DNA of 64,000 bases, from contig CAVZRV010000029.1 of the NCBI GenBank assembly GCA_963777605.1, positions 446,690 through 510,689 of the forward strand, given 5' to 3'. This document shows positions 63,150 through 64,000 of the stretch, in pieces. Source of the DNA: an uncultured Acidobacteriota bacterium (GTDB taxonomy: Bacteria; Acidobacteriota; UBA6911; RPQK01; JAPXNP01). The notes beneath the pieces were generated by a model. That model was given only the letters and a program-made list of their open reading frames with translations. It had not been told where the DNA came from and did no database searches. The number at the start of each line of letters is the position of its first letter. The first letter of the stretch is position 1. The position numbers were made by a program, and so were the translations under genes.

Positions 63150-64000
63150 CTACCCGGCATGGAGCTCGCGAATACTGGCAAAAAGCTCGCCGGCCGGTCC
63201 ATCCTTGGGCAAAAATGCGGCAGCGCCGGCTTCCAGCATCAGTCGTGATCCCGACTCTTCGTCGAACATGGAGAGCGCTATAATCTGGATATCGGGGAAC
63301 CGCTGCTTGATTTGACGCGTCGATTCGACTCCCCCCATCGTGGGCATATTCACATCCATGATGATGACGTCGGGCCGAAGCCGGGAGGCCATCTCGAGAG
63401 CTTCGGCGCCGTTCGAGGCCTCGCCTACGATCCTGAAGCCCCGCTGATCCTGGATCATCGTCACCAGAGCCTCCCGCACCATGCGATGATCATCGACGAC
63501 AAGGATGCGTACAAACGGCTCGCCTTCCTCCTGTTGCTCGGACAGAGCCAAAACATCGGGCTGAGAGCGTTCGACTCCCGCGGGAACGGAGAGGAGTTCG
63601 TTGGCCAGGGGACGACCTGAATCGACGGCGTCTTCAAGGAGTTTCCCCGCCTCTTCGGCGGCGGCTAGATTGCCTCGCGTGAGAAGGTGGTCCAGTTCGG
63701 TCCTGGCCCTGAAGAGCGGTCTCACAAGATCGGTCCGAATTTTCGTGGCAAGTTTCTCCCGCTCGCCTTCGGAGAGTTGGATCGGGACAGCAGGGGCTGA
63801 TGCCAGTTCCTCTCGTGGAGACGCCTCCGGCTGGTGCCCACGTGCCGAAACCTCACCTCCTGGAGTGCCGGCTCCTCTCATATGATCGCGGAGTTCATAC
63901 TGGCGTAACCGGGACCGGTACGCGGCCCGAATTACGCCGACCAGCGTTCTGGTCTGTGTCGGATACTCGGCGAGAATCAGGTGCATGCCGGCCGGGCTCT
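63150..64000 (-). CDS. response regulator receiver protein / degenerate hybrid sensor (5' end probably outside window)
   Basis: C-terminal REC domain with ILVVDDH, PDVIIMDVNMP, LSM and FLPK; upstream RTLVGVIRAAYRSRLRQYE motif. Confidence 0.8.
   Translation of the reverse strand, partial: SPAGMHLILAEYPTQTRTLVGVIRAAYRSRLRQYELRDHMRGAGTPGGEVSARGHQPEASPREELASAPAVPIQLSEGEREKLATKIRTDLVRPLFRARTELDHLLTRGNLAAAEEAGKLLEDAVDSGRPLANELLSVPAGVERSQPDVLALSEQQEEGEPFVRILVVDDHRMVREALVTMIQDQRGFRIVGEASNGAEALEMASRLRPDVIIMDVNMPTMGGVESTRQIKQRFPDIQIIALSMFDEESGSRLMLEAGAAAFLPKDGPAGELFASIRELHAG

Overview
This is a GC-rich bacterial chromosome segment, probably Acidobacteriota (inferred from gene content). Many otherwise intact genes carry single-base frameshifts, which looks like long-read assembly error. 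1-14 kb holds housekeeping and carbohydrate genes: thiG, aroB, ubiE/menG, an NRAMP-like transporter, an aldo/keto reductase, acetoacetate-CoA ligase, an ABC-2 exporter, an FG-GAP protein, a Tat sugar isomerase and a DUF6259-like protein. 14-28.5 kb is a patchwork of gene fragments, a composite repeat element, an uncharacterised glycine-zipper/Ig-like gene pair, otsB'/otsA, methyltransferases and small cassette-like ORFs. The main feature is 24.6-50.7 kb, an array of 10 secreted-protein genes with different N-terminal passengers. Together they carry about 12 complete copies and one remnant of a shared ~220-aa C-terminal domain, a candidate new sorting/anchoring (choice-of-anchor) system. Two inverted copies of a ~0.6-0.7 kb composite repeat (61-bp units bracketing REP-like palindromes) lie at 15.5-16.1 and 33.8-34.5 kb, next to broken genes and the strand switch of the array. 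To the right are a truncated HTH-integrase, a duplicated tRNA-Arg(CCG) 3' half delimiting a 5.5-kb island, the tRNA itself, a dicarboxylate symporter, DUF547, a CHASE2 adenylate cyclase module and a partial response regulator. All family assignments come from motif recognition by eye, not database searches.
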